From contig JBBTUG010000026.1 of assembly GCA_038063895.1 (NCBI GenBank), positions 1 through 48,356 on the forward strand: a stretch of DNA of 48,356 nucleotides, given 5' to 3'. This DNA is from Patescibacteria group bacterium. GTDB lineage: Bacteria > Patescibacteriota > WWE3 > JAMCXX01 > JBBTUG01. Each line of letters begins with the position of its first letter. The first letter of the stretch is position 1. The position numbers and the translations under genes are program-made. Positions 39,761-48,163 of the stretch are shown here, in pieces. Under the pieces are notes generated by a model. It did not search any database, was not told the DNA's origin, and worked only from the letters and a program-made list of their open reading frames with translations.

Positions 39761-40749
39761 AATTATTAGTGACGGGTGGAGCCGGTTTCATTGGCTCAAA
39801 TTTTATCCGCTACTGGCTGAAGAAGCACCCACAAGACAAAATTGTTAATCTCGACAAATTAACCTACGCCGGTCATCTCGCCTCGACTCGGGACTTTTGT
39901 GATAACCCCCACTATCAGTTTGTTAGAGGGGACATTTGTAAACCAGACCTGGTGGACCAGCTGATGAGCAAAACTAGTATCGTCGTCCACTTTGCCGCGG
40001 AGTCACACGTAGACCGCTCTATCGTAAATGCCAATAACTTTGTAAGAACAAACGTTCTGGGTACAAATGTTCTATTGCATTCGGCGCTAAAAAATCGGGT
40101 TATCCGATTCCACCATGTTTCTACCGATGAGGTCTTTGGAAGTCTAGAGCTTAGTAGTCCAAAAAAATTCAACGAAAAATCTCCCTATAACCCCACTAAC
40201 CCTTACGCGGCCTCTAAGGCCGCTGCTGATCATCTTGTCAGAGCCTATTTCAAAACCCACGGACTGCCTATATCCATCACCAATTGCAGTAATAACTTCG
40301 GCCCTTACCAGGACCCCGAAAAGCTTCTACCAAGATTCATCACCAATGTTCAAACTGGAAAAAAAGTCCCCATCTACGGCGACGGAAGATACGTCCGTGA
40401 TTGGCTTTACGTCGGGGATCACTGCCGAGCGGTCGAATATGTATTATTAAGGGGAAAGGTCGGCGAAACCTACTGCGTCGGCGGACAAAACAAACTTGTT
40501 AATAATCTGGAAGTTACCAAAAAAATACTTCGATTATTAGGTAAAGATAGCTCTTGGATAGAATACGTAACAGATCGTCCCGCCCACGACCGTCGTTACG
40601 CTGTGGACTGGTCTAAAATCAACCGGGAGCTGGGCTGGAAACCTCAACACAACCTCGACCGCTGGCTGGAGTACACCATCAACTGGTATGGCAAAAATAG
40701 AGGGTGGTGGGAACCGCTAAAACGGCGGGCGGAATCTATTTACCACTAG
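39757..40749 (+). CDS. rfbB: dTDP-glucose 4,6-dehydratase
   Basis: GGAGFIGSNF, DKLTYAG, HFAAESHVDRSI, HVSTDEVFG, PYAASKA and NCSNNFGPYQ. Confidence 0.96.
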   Translation: MKLLVTGGAGFIGSNFIRYWLKKHPQDKIVNLDKLTYAGHLASTRDFCDNPHYQFVRGDICKPDLVDQLMSKTSIVVHFAAESHVDRSIVNANNFVRTNVLGTNVLLHSALKNRVIRFHHVSTDEVFGSLELSSPKKFNEKSPYNPTNPYAASKAAADHLVRAYFKTHGLPISITNCSNNFGPYQDPEKLLPRFITNVQTGKKVPIYGDGRYVRDWLYVGDHCRAVEYVLLRGKVGETYCVGGQNKLVNNLEVTKKILRLLGKDSSWIEYVTDRPAHDRRYAVDWSKINRELGWKPQHNLDRWLEYTINWYGKNRGWWEPLKRRAESIYH

Positions 40750-40805
40750 TAAAATCGTGTTTCCTCAAAACAATCTTCGTTTGGTTCTTCAAACAAATCT
40801 TCTCG

Positions 40806-43800
40806 TCAAATGACGAATAACAACAATAGACCTATTGTAATGCTTATAAGCGACACTGCGGAAAAAAACCTAAACCATGTTTCCGGCAGGTAACTTACTT
40901 CAATTTGATAATCACCGGTTTTTTCTAGGTACCAGGAATTCGCGTATCCGTTGGCTAAGAAGTGCTTATCTTCGCCGATAATCCCGGAGTTAGCAACGGA
41001 GGCTTGCCAATCCTCGGAAAAGTTCTCGCTAAAGACTAAATAAAACGGCGCCGTCGCATTCCTGACGGCAACAGAATATTTCGTCGCAGAGCGCTGAGCG
41101 ATTTTTATCTCCGGACGGTTTAGTAGGGTTTTCCCACTCCTATTCTCCAAAACGAAGCCGCGGTAGAACTTTATCCGGAGCGCAACATTGTTAATTAAAG
41201 TTTCGCCGGAGTTGGTGTAAATATTGCCGGGGGCGTCCAAAAAGGCAAAAACAACACCCGCCTTTTTGGCTTTCGGGTTTAATTTATAGTCCACGCTATA
41301 TTCCGACCAATCGGCGGAAGCAGTCATCGTCGGTTGGACGAGAAATGTAGAAGAACATGGATCTTCCCCCGATCCGCCGCTTTTAACCCAAACCGGTTGA
41401 TCGATATCGCAATTATTTTCCCAGATAATTACCGCCGGCGGGGCGCCAGAATTTACCTTGTTAAAAAAGGACAACTCGTAGTAACCCCCGCCAATTTTAT
41501 CAAGGGGAAAACTATAAAAAGCGTCAGTCAGGCCGCGTCCGAGACCAAGAGACTTTTCGCCGGCATAGGAGTCGCCGGAGAGCGGCGTGACAACGCCAGT
41601 CAAACTGCTTTTCCAAAGACCGCTCTCACTTCCCTCTTTAAGCAAATTCGGTAAACCGGAAGCGGATACCTTAAAAACATAGCTCCCCGGGTTCAAGTTG
41701 TAGCTACCGATGTAATCCAAATCCGGGCTGAAGCTTAACCCCTCAACCAGGGCTCCGGCAACAGTCTCGTTGGTCTGAATATTCCTGATATTAAAAACCG
41801 GTGAAGAGCCGCCCCCGACCGGAGAATCTGCCCTTTCTCCAAGCAACCGGTAAGTTCCGGAGGTACTAACCGGCAGATAATAGTGGTTGTCATCCCCATT
41901 TAGGGCAGCGGCTCCGAGCACGTCGGTCACGGGATAAACCGCGGTTTTAAAGTCACCGCCGGGAACAAATATGATCGGACCGGTTTCGAAAGTCTGTCCT
42001 TTCCGGGTAAATTTAACGGGGACGATAACGTTTTCGTGACATCCGTCGCCATTAACAGCAGTGTTTCCCGAAGGCTGGGAAAATATTACCGGAACGGAAC
42101 CGGGGGCGGCAAAATCGGGAAAGTAGTTCAAAGCCTGAGCATTTCCACCGAGGCAATCGATCTCATTTGGAACATAAATCCTATCCCACCGCTGCTCTTT
42201 ATTTAAGCTATACACATCCAATAACCCGAAACTATTTTCCAAAGCGATATCTTTTTGCGCTTCCAAAACACGCCGGAGGTATTCAGGAGAGTAGCGTTCC
42301 GGTTGGGAGTTAATTCTCCGCAGATCAACATCATTGCGTTGAAGTATCCGGCTGACATTAAGAAGACTCAGTAGCCCGGAGATATTATCCGGACTGCGGC
42401 TAAAGCCGTGAAGCCTGTTGTAGACCAACGCCGAGACGCGGTCGGACAGCGCCGTCACCGGGTAAGCTCCGTTATTCCTTTCAATCCAGGGAGCACTGAG
42501 AAAGAAGGGCGTAATGTCTGTTGAATCATAACCCCAAGCATAAGGTATGCCGGAGTGAAGGTAGTCGGGATTTTCCGGTAAAACTAAAACCCGACCTTCC
42601 CGTTCTTTTCCGGCAAACCACTTGGACATTTCGAACCAGTACGGCTGAATTTTCGTTCTTGAGGAACCCAGAACCCCACGCGTCCCCGGGTAGTGGTCGC
42701 CGTTTAAAAGCGGCCAGGCAACAGTGAGCACCAAGGCAGTGGCGGCAACCCCCAGGATATTCAGTAACAACCGCGATTTAAGGCGGTTTTCCAAATAAGA
42801 AAACAGACTTCCTAAAAGAATCGCGTATGAAAAAGCCGTCAAAGCAGTGAACTTCGCAAACGGCTCCCGGTAAATCCAAAAAAATGGAACGACTCTGTGG
42901 ATTAAGGCGTTTAACCGACCGAAAATATCGCCCGCCTGGCCATGAGAAAATACAATTCCAACCAGGGCCAGAAGGGCGAAGAAAGTCACTGCAGATTTTC
43001 CTTTTTTAACGCGAAAAACAAATCCGAGTACGCACAGTGACGGAACTAAGAAAGTGAGAGTGGCCAAAACCGGATTTAAATAACTCTTCGCGAAAGGAAA
43101 ATAAGGGAAACCCATATGACCGGCAAAGAATGCCCAGGAGCCTAAAAGCCGCACCAGGTCAATGAACTTTGAGGTCGCCCCGACTGTTGCGGCGGCAGTA
43201 ATACCCTGAATCGTTCCGGCCTGGCTCAGCAGGGAGGTTAAAAACGGATAGAGCCACCAGGCATTGAAGAGCAGATAGAGAATAATAAATTCGAAATTGA
43301 ACTTCCAGGAAAAAGGGTATTGCCGCCGGAAAAAAAGCGAATACACAAAGAAAAAAGCCAGTAAAAGAAAAGGAATGGAATAGATCGGTGGGTTTCCCGC
43401 AGCGGAAGCCATAAACACCGTCGCCAAAGACAAAAAGAAAGCAAACTTAAATGAATCCTTTCCCTTAATGCCTTTCATATAAATCAGTAAAAGCAGCGGC
43501 ATCATCATATAAGCCAAAAGATTTGTCGTGACAAACCCGTTGATCATTATGTAAAGATTAAAAAGGTAAAGGACCGAAGGAAGAAAATTACGCCAACTTC
43601 CCCTCTTATTCTCAAAAATCTCTTTGGTCAGAAAATACATGGAAACGGCCCCGAGGAGGAAGACGGACACGAACCACATTTTTTCAATGGTGCTGAGGGA
43701 TAAGGAAAAAAACTTAAATAATGCCCAAAAACCGACCCAAGGGATTATATGGAATGAGAGGCTGTTTATCTGGCCGCCGGAAATGTTTTCCAACCAGGAA

Positions 43801-43961
43801 CTGCTCAACTGACGAAGGGTATTTAGAGGATTAAGTGGAAGCCAGAAATCGCCGTTAGTAATAAGGGTATCCCACGGCCTAAACCAAAGCAGGGGGATAA
43901 AAGCCAGCAACACCGCCGCCAGGAAAAAGCTGTTGGCGGATATTTTATTTTTTACTGTCAC
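40806..43961 (-). CDS. Large AftD/YfhO-like GT-C membrane protein with extracytoplasmic beta-rich (CBM-like) insert
   Basis: NGDFWLP..W, LLGSWAF, FWIYREPFAKF, LNVSRILQRND, and C-terminal SATKY..SENFSEDW..HFLANGYANSW plus a TM anchor. Paralogous to the 827-aa protein. Confidence 0.72.
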   Translation of the reverse strand: MTVKNKISANSFFLAAVLLAFIPLLWFRPWDTLITNGDFWLPLNPLNTLRQLSSSWLENISGGQINSLSFHIIPWVGFWALFKFFSLSLSTIEKMWFVSVFLLGAVSMYFLTKEIFENKRGSWRNFLPSVLYLFNLYIMINGFVTTNLLAYMMMPLLLLIYMKGIKGKDSFKFAFFLSLATVFMASAAGNPPIYSIPFLLLAFFFVYSLFFRRQYPFSWKFNFEFIILYLLFNAWWLYPFLTSLLSQAGTIQGITAAATVGATSKFIDLVRLLGSWAFFAGHMGFPYFPFAKSYLNPVLATLTFLVPSLCVLGFVFRVKKGKSAVTFFALLALVGIVFSHGQAGDIFGRLNALIHRVVPFFWIYREPFAKFTALTAFSYAILLGSLFSYLENRLKSRLLLNILGVAATALVLTVAWPLLNGDHYPGTRGVLGSSRTKIQPYWFEMSKWFAGKEREGRVLVLPENPDYLHSGIPYAWGYDSTDITPFFLSAPWIERNNGAYPVTALSDRVSALVYNRLHGFSRSPDNISGLLSLLNVSRILQRNDVDLRRINSQPERYSPEYLRRVLEAQKDIALENSFGLLDVYSLNKEQRWDRIYVPNEIDCLGGNAQALNYFPDFAAPGSVPVIFSQPSGNTAVNGDGCHENVIVPVKFTRKGQTFETGPIIFVPGGDFKTAVYPVTDVLGAAALNGDDNHYYLPVSTSGTYRLLGERADSPVGGGSSPVFNIRNIQTNETVAGALVEGLSFSPDLDYIGSYNLNPGSYVFKVSASGLPNLLKEGSESGLWKSSLTGVVTPLSGDSYAGEKSLGLGRGLTDAFYSFPLDKIGGGYYELSFFNKVNSGAPPAVIIWENNCDIDQPVWVKSGGSGEDPCSSTFLVQPTMTASADWSEYSVDYKLNPKAKKAGVVFAFLDAPGNIYTNSGETLINNVALRIKFYRGFVLENRSGKTLLNRPEIKIAQRSATKYSVAVRNATAPFYLVFSENFSEDWQASVANSGIIGEDKHFLANGYANSWYLEKTGDYQIEVSYLPETWFRFFSAVSLISITIGLLLLFVI

Positions 43962-44003
43962 AAAGCTATTATGGAAGATATATAATTAAAAGCAAGAAAA
44001 TCT

Positions 44004-45812
44004 ATGAAGCTAACCGGGAAACAAAAATTAGCCGTTGAATCGATAAAAAACCTTGGGCCGGAGGATATAGCCCAAAAACTCAATTTGCCCGCGCCGGAGG
44101 TTCGCCACTACCTCGAAAGCCGGGGACACAGCACGATTGAGACTAAAAAGGATAGTTCGGGAATAATAGACGAACTATATAATTTCTGGCGCGGCCGGCG
44201 GCTAAAAATCTTACTGATAATAGGCCTCGGATTACTGGTCTATTCCTCAGCTCTTCCCAACGGATTTGTTTCGGATGATTTGCCCCTGCTGAAAAGCCCC
44301 AACCTGCAAAATCCCTTAAACCAGATAATTAACGAACCGGTCAGCGCCTTCCTTAATTCCCTGACCTATACCCTAAATTATTATCTGCACGGAACCAACC
44401 CCTTGGGTTACCACTTAGTTAACATTTTGTTCCATATTACCTTTACCCTTACGGCTTACTTTTTTCTAAGTCTCTTAACTAAAGAAAGGGTCGCCTTTTT
44501 CGCCAGTCTGCTCTTTCTGGTAGTGCCCCTGCACGCTGAACCGGTTATTTGGGTTTCCGGGCGGCACTATATTCTTTACGCCATCTTTGTTCTCCTATCT
44601 TTAATTTTGCATCTTTTCGCCGCTAAACCTGAGGCGCCGGCACGATACCGGTCGTGGTCCGTCATTTTTTTCGTTTTCGCCGTCTACTCCTTTCCGGAAC
44701 AGGCCCTTGTCCTGCCTTTCCTTCTAATTTTAATTGACTTCTATCAGGGCAGGTTACGGCAAGGAGTCAAGAGTTACTGGCCTTATATTCTGTTAGCAGG
44801 TATCTTTACCCTGCTCTCATTAAGCCGGGTGGCCTTAAGAATCCAGGACGTCCGCGGGAGTAATATCCCGCTTTCGAGTCCACAAATTAATTTCATCCAG
44901 GCGGATATTGTCGCCCTTTCCACCTATCTGCAGCTATTTTTAGTACCCCTCGGTTTAACTTTTTATCACGAAGCTATTCCGACCGGGTCCCTCGATATTG
45001 CAATCAGAACGTTGGTCATAATTATCTTTTTTTTCGTGCCCTTGGTCTTTATTAAAAAGAACCGGTTTTTTATCTTGTCCGTGGGCATATTTCTAGTTGC
45101 CCTTTTACCAACAATTACCCCCTTTCGGGTTTCCTGGATCGTGGCCGAGCGTTACGCTTATCTTTCCGCCCTCGGTCCGGCAATGCTCGTTGCTTATGTT
45201 ATTGACTTGGCCATTAAAAAACTTCAACCGAACCGGCTGGTAAAATATATCTTCGCCGCCATAATTTTGGCTTACTCAGCAATTACTTTTTTTCGGGGTT
45301 TTGACTGGAAGGACGAGGACAGCCTTTGGCTGGCGACAATTAAAACTTCGCCGACGAGCTCAAAAGCTTTAAACAACATCGGCGATTATTACGGCCGCCA
45401 TGGCGACCCGCAAAAGTCCTTCGAATCTTTCGTGAAAGCTACTCAGATCAATCCCGCCTATTCCGACGCTTGGCATAACGCCGGCAACGTTCTGCTCCAA
45501 AACGGGCGGCCGGACGACTCGATTCCGTATTTCGAAAAGTCGTTGCAGTTTAATCCCAGTCTGGTTGAGGCCTATACGAAACTGGCGTGGATCTACCACG
45601 AAAAAGGCGACCAGGAAAAGGCGGGACTGATGATAAAAGAGGCTTTGCGGATCAGGCCGAACGACCCGAACACATATAATCTTCTGGCCTCAATCGAATA
45701 CGAAAATCATAACGTGGAAGCCGCTATTGAAGCGATCAGAAAAGGGTTATCGACGGATCCGGGAAACACTCAGCTGCAGAAGAATCTCCAACTCTTAGAG
45801 AGTCTTCGTTGA
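44004..45812 (+). CDS. TMTC-like GT-C protein glycosyltransferase with C-terminal TPRs
   Basis: GFVSDD, GYHLVNILFH, PLHAEPVIWVSGR, AERYAYL and WKDEDSLW, followed by about 4 TPR-like repeats (ALNNIG, AWHNAG, AYTKLA, TYNLLA). Confidence 0.85.
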   Translation: MKLTGKQKLAVESIKNLGPEDIAQKLNLPAPEVRHYLESRGHSTIETKKDSSGIIDELYNFWRGRRLKILLIIGLGLLVYSSALPNGFVSDDLPLLKSPNLQNPLNQIINEPVSAFLNSLTYTLNYYLHGTNPLGYHLVNILFHITFTLTAYFFLSLLTKERVAFFASLLFLVVPLHAEPVIWVSGRHYILYAIFVLLSLILHLFAAKPEAPARYRSWSVIFFVFAVYSFPEQALVLPFLLILIDFYQGRLRQGVKSYWPYILLAGIFTLLSLSRVALRIQDVRGSNIPLSSPQINFIQADIVALSTYLQLFLVPLGLTFYHEAIPTGSLDIAIRTLVIIIFFFVPLVFIKKNRFFILSVGIFLVALLPTITPFRVSWIVAERYAYLSALGPAMLVAYVIDLAIKKLQPNRLVKYIFAAIILAYSAITFFRGFDWKDEDSLWLATIKTSPTSSKALNNIGDYYGRHGDPQKSFESFVKATQINPAYSDAWHNAGNVLLQNGRPDDSIPYFEKSLQFNPSLVEAYTKLAWIYHEKGDQEKAGLMIKEALRIRPNDPNTYNLLASIEYENHNVEAAIEAIRKGLSTDPGNTQLQKNLQLLESLR

Positions 45813-47336
45813 TTTAACCTGATCTTTATTGAAATCCAAAAGATGGCCCACGAGTTTGACTCCGGCCAGGACTAGGAATTTAATATCGTCGAACGAGCGG
45901 ATTTCTAAAACTTTCCGGACAATATATTGCGGGCTCAGAAAAGATTTATAAAGTTCCTGGGTCAGGGTCATAATTCGCTCCTTCGTCAGCTCTGATTTCA
46001 TCACCGGCTCACGCATATCGTAGTGGGCGTAATCCTCCGTTAATAACCAGCCTTTCTCCCGGCACTCTTTCCAAAGCGGAGCCCCCGGATAAGGGATGAC
46101 TACGGTTGCCTGTAGGGTATCGACGTAGCCTTTTTTAAATAGGTGGGCGGCCAGATCAATCGTCCGTTTCGCGTCTTCAAAGGTCTCCCACGGATAACCC
46201 ATCATCACCGTTAAGTGCGGATCGAGTCCGGCTTTCTTCGCCATCCGGACACCCTCTTCAATCTGCTCCACCTGTAAACCCTTATCCAGTTTATCCAGCG
46301 TTTTTTGGTTGCCAGATTCCATTCCGTAAAGAATAAACCGGAAGTTAGCTTTCCCCATCAGATCGTAAGTTTCCTGGTCGCGGATGGCGTTGAGGCGCAT
46401 ATTACAGCCGTAAACGACCCGTTTGTTGTAACCGCGTTCAATCAGCCCGGTACAGAATTCCTTCAACCAGGGCCCGATTCTTAGCGTCCCGGCATCGTCG
46501 AAAATTTCCTTCACCGGATAGTGGTCTAGTACATAGCCAATTTCGTCTAAAAGGCGCTTTGGCGAAAAAGAACGGTAGGTACCGAGGGGATTAATCGTAT
46601 GATCCCAAACGCAGAAGGTGCACCGCCCCCACCAGCAGTCACGGCCGGAATACATATAGGTCCCGGGGAAATATTTATAGTTGCCGTTGGCGTAAGCGTA
46701 AAGCTCCCACTTGGTTAGATCCCGGTCAACGAAAGGCAAGTCATCGAGATTGTGCTTCAGGGAAATCGGGCCGGTGACGCGCAATTTATTGCCCGCCGGG
46801 GAGGTTTTAAGTTCGAGGGTTTCCTGGTTTTTTATCCGAGAGTTGCCGTCGCGAAACCAAATCCCGCCTTCAAGCGCAGTTCCTTTTGTTAGGTGGTCAA
46901 TCAAATTAAGAATTAAAAAATCGTAGTCTCCGCCGGTCAGGATAAAATCAACCGGAGATTTATCGAACGTTTCCGTAGGGTCCCAGGTCAAGTGATCCCC
47001 GACCCAAACGAGAAGCATCTCCGGAAATTTAGACTTCAGGTCGGTAATCGTCTCCCAATGGTGGTGGAGAACCGGGGCTTTGGTTTCGACGAGTAAAACA
47101 TCCGGACGTTCTTTCTCGAGTTGCGAGAGATACTGTTCATAAGTCAGCTTCTCGGCAATCCCATCCATCCAAACGACTTCATACCCGTGGGCTTTCAGAT
47201 TCGACGCGGCGTACGCTGGAACCATCGGGTAGATAAAGGTCGGGGCGTGGAAGATCTGGTACTGACGGTTTTGCGACAGTAACGGCACCCCGCTGTAGCG
47301 GAGTTTCATTGGTGGGTATCCGACAGCAATTTTCAT
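45795..47336 (-). CDS. B12-binding-domain radical SAM protein (BchE/HpnJ-like class)
   Basis: N-terminal cobalamin-binding-like region (VGDH..DFILTGGDYD), LDDLPFVDR, CWWGRCTFC, FDD, GMESGNQ, MGYPWET and PYPGAPLW. ATG 47336 follows TGtTATACT. Confidence 0.9.
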   Translation of the reverse strand: MKIAVGYPPMKLRYSGVPLLSQNRQYQIFHAPTFIYPMVPAYAASNLKAHGYEVVWMDGIAEKLTYEQYLSQLEKERPDVLLVETKAPVLHHHWETITDLKSKFPEMLLVWVGDHLTWDPTETFDKSPVDFILTGGDYDFLILNLIDHLTKGTALEGGIWFRDGNSRIKNQETLELKTSPAGNKLRVTGPISLKHNLDDLPFVDRDLTKWELYAYANGNYKYFPGTYMYSGRDCWWGRCTFCVWDHTINPLGTYRSFSPKRLLDEIGYVLDHYPVKEIFDDAGTLRIGPWLKEFCTGLIERGYNKRVVYGCNMRLNAIRDQETYDLMGKANFRFILYGMESGNQKTLDKLDKGLQVEQIEEGVRMAKKAGLDPHLTVMMGYPWETFEDAKRTIDLAAHLFKKGYVDTLQATVVIPYPGAPLWKECREKGWLLTEDYAHYDMREPVMKSELTKERIMTLTQELYKSFLSPQYIVRKVLEIRSFDDIKFLVLAGVKLVGHLLDFNKDQVKSTKTL

Positions 47337-47345
47337 ACGTTTCCT

Positions 47346-47354
47346 AGTATAACA
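47346..47354 (-). promoter_or_regulatory. Putative extended -10 (TGtTATACT) 9 nt before ATG 47336
   Basis: Minus strand reads TG-t-TATACT-aggaaacgt-ATG. Confidence 0.55.
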
Positions 47355-47366
47355 CGGAATGGAAAC

Positions 47367-47453
47367 GTCATTGCGAGGAGTCCGCGACGCGGCAATCACC
47401 TCGTCCGGCCACGTCATTGTGACCCTGAGTAAGATCGAAGGGGAAGCAATCTC
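47367..47453. repeat. Two REP/RPE-like palindromic units (GTCATTG...GCAATC)
   Basis: GTCATTGCGAGGAGTCCGCGACGCGGCAATC (47367-47397) and GTCATTGTGACCCTGAGTAAGATCGAAGGGGAAGCAATCTC (47413-47453). Confidence 0.7.
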
Positions 47454-47479
47454 TTTGACTTTTCAATTCCCCTTGGGTT

Positions 47480-47488
47480 TGATACACT
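47480..47488 (+). promoter_or_regulatory. Putative extended -10 (TGaTACACT) 7 nt before ATG 47496 (leaderless)
   Basis: TG-a-TACACT-tactcag-ATG. Confidence 0.55.
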
Positions 47489-47495
47489 TACTCAG

Positions 47496-48113
47496 ATGAG
47501 GAAAATACTAACTACCGCCTTATTCGTATCTCTCCTGTTCCTCGCCAACTTGGGAGTAAGCCATGCCCAGGGACAGCTGCTGAACGCCTCCCCCGGAGTT
47601 CTTCCCGATAGTCCCTTTTATTTAATCGAACGCCTAAAGCAAAAAATAGTCTTGACTCTCACCTTTGACCAGAAAGCCAAGGCGGAAAAACTTTTTAATT
47701 ACGCCGAAGAAAGATTGGCTGAGGCGGAAGCAATGCTGACAAAGCAAAATCCTAAACTGGCTGAAGAAACTCTAGGCCGTTATGTCAGTTTCCTCCTCCG
47801 GGGCCAGGACGCTTTACAAAAAGCCGAAGCAGCAGGAGCGCGGGTCGCAGCACTGAAGGAGCTCCAAACGGAAGCCTCCATCCGGCAACAGGTCGTATTG
47901 CAAAATATCTTTGAAAGAATTCCGGAGGAAGGCAAGGCCGGGGTACTTAAAGCAATGGACGCCTCCCGGACCGTTTTCCTGCTCGCCAGCCAGACTTTAC
48001 CGGAAGTTAAATCGGAAGTGATTATCCAAAACTCGGAGAGACGGTTGCCGGGTTTCGAAAACTTTTTGCCCCAAAACTTCCTCGCCGATCTCCTCAAACT
48101 CGTTGGTAGATAA
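47496..48113 (+). CDS. Secreted DUF5667-like helical protein
   Basis: Signal peptide ending SHA, then PGVLPDSPFYLIERLKQ..AEERLAEA. Confidence 0.8.
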   Translation: MRKILTTALFVSLLFLANLGVSHAQGQLLNASPGVLPDSPFYLIERLKQKIVLTLTFDQKAKAEKLFNYAEERLAEAEAMLTKQNPKLAEETLGRYVSFLLRGQDALQKAEAAGARVAALKELQTEASIRQQVVLQNIFERIPEEGKAGVLKAMDASRTVFLLASQTLPEVKSEVIIQNSERRLPGFENFLPQNFLADLLKLVGR

Positions 48114-48129
48114 GTCCGTAGATAAGTCC
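48106..48129. repeat. Perfect 12-bp tandem duplication over the stop codon
   Basis: gtagataagtcc occurs twice in tandem. Confidence 0.75.
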
Positions 48130-48163
48130 TCTGTTTGATGTCACATCTTAATGTCACCTTTTA

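Noticed and set aside
40750-40805. Possible terminator between convergent rfbB and the 1051-aa gene (gtttg-gttctt-caaac; imperfect caaa(a)caatcttc repeat)
   Set aside because: The stem is only 5 bp and AT-rich with no clear U-tract, too weak to call.
47337-47417. N-terminal extension of the radical SAM ORF (MTWPDEVIAASRTPRND...)
   Set aside because: It is translated repeat and promoter DNA; ATG 47336 follows an extended -10.
47780-48157. 125-aa minus-strand ORF
   Set aside because: Antisense to the DUF5667-like gene; its N-terminus derives from the tandem repeat.
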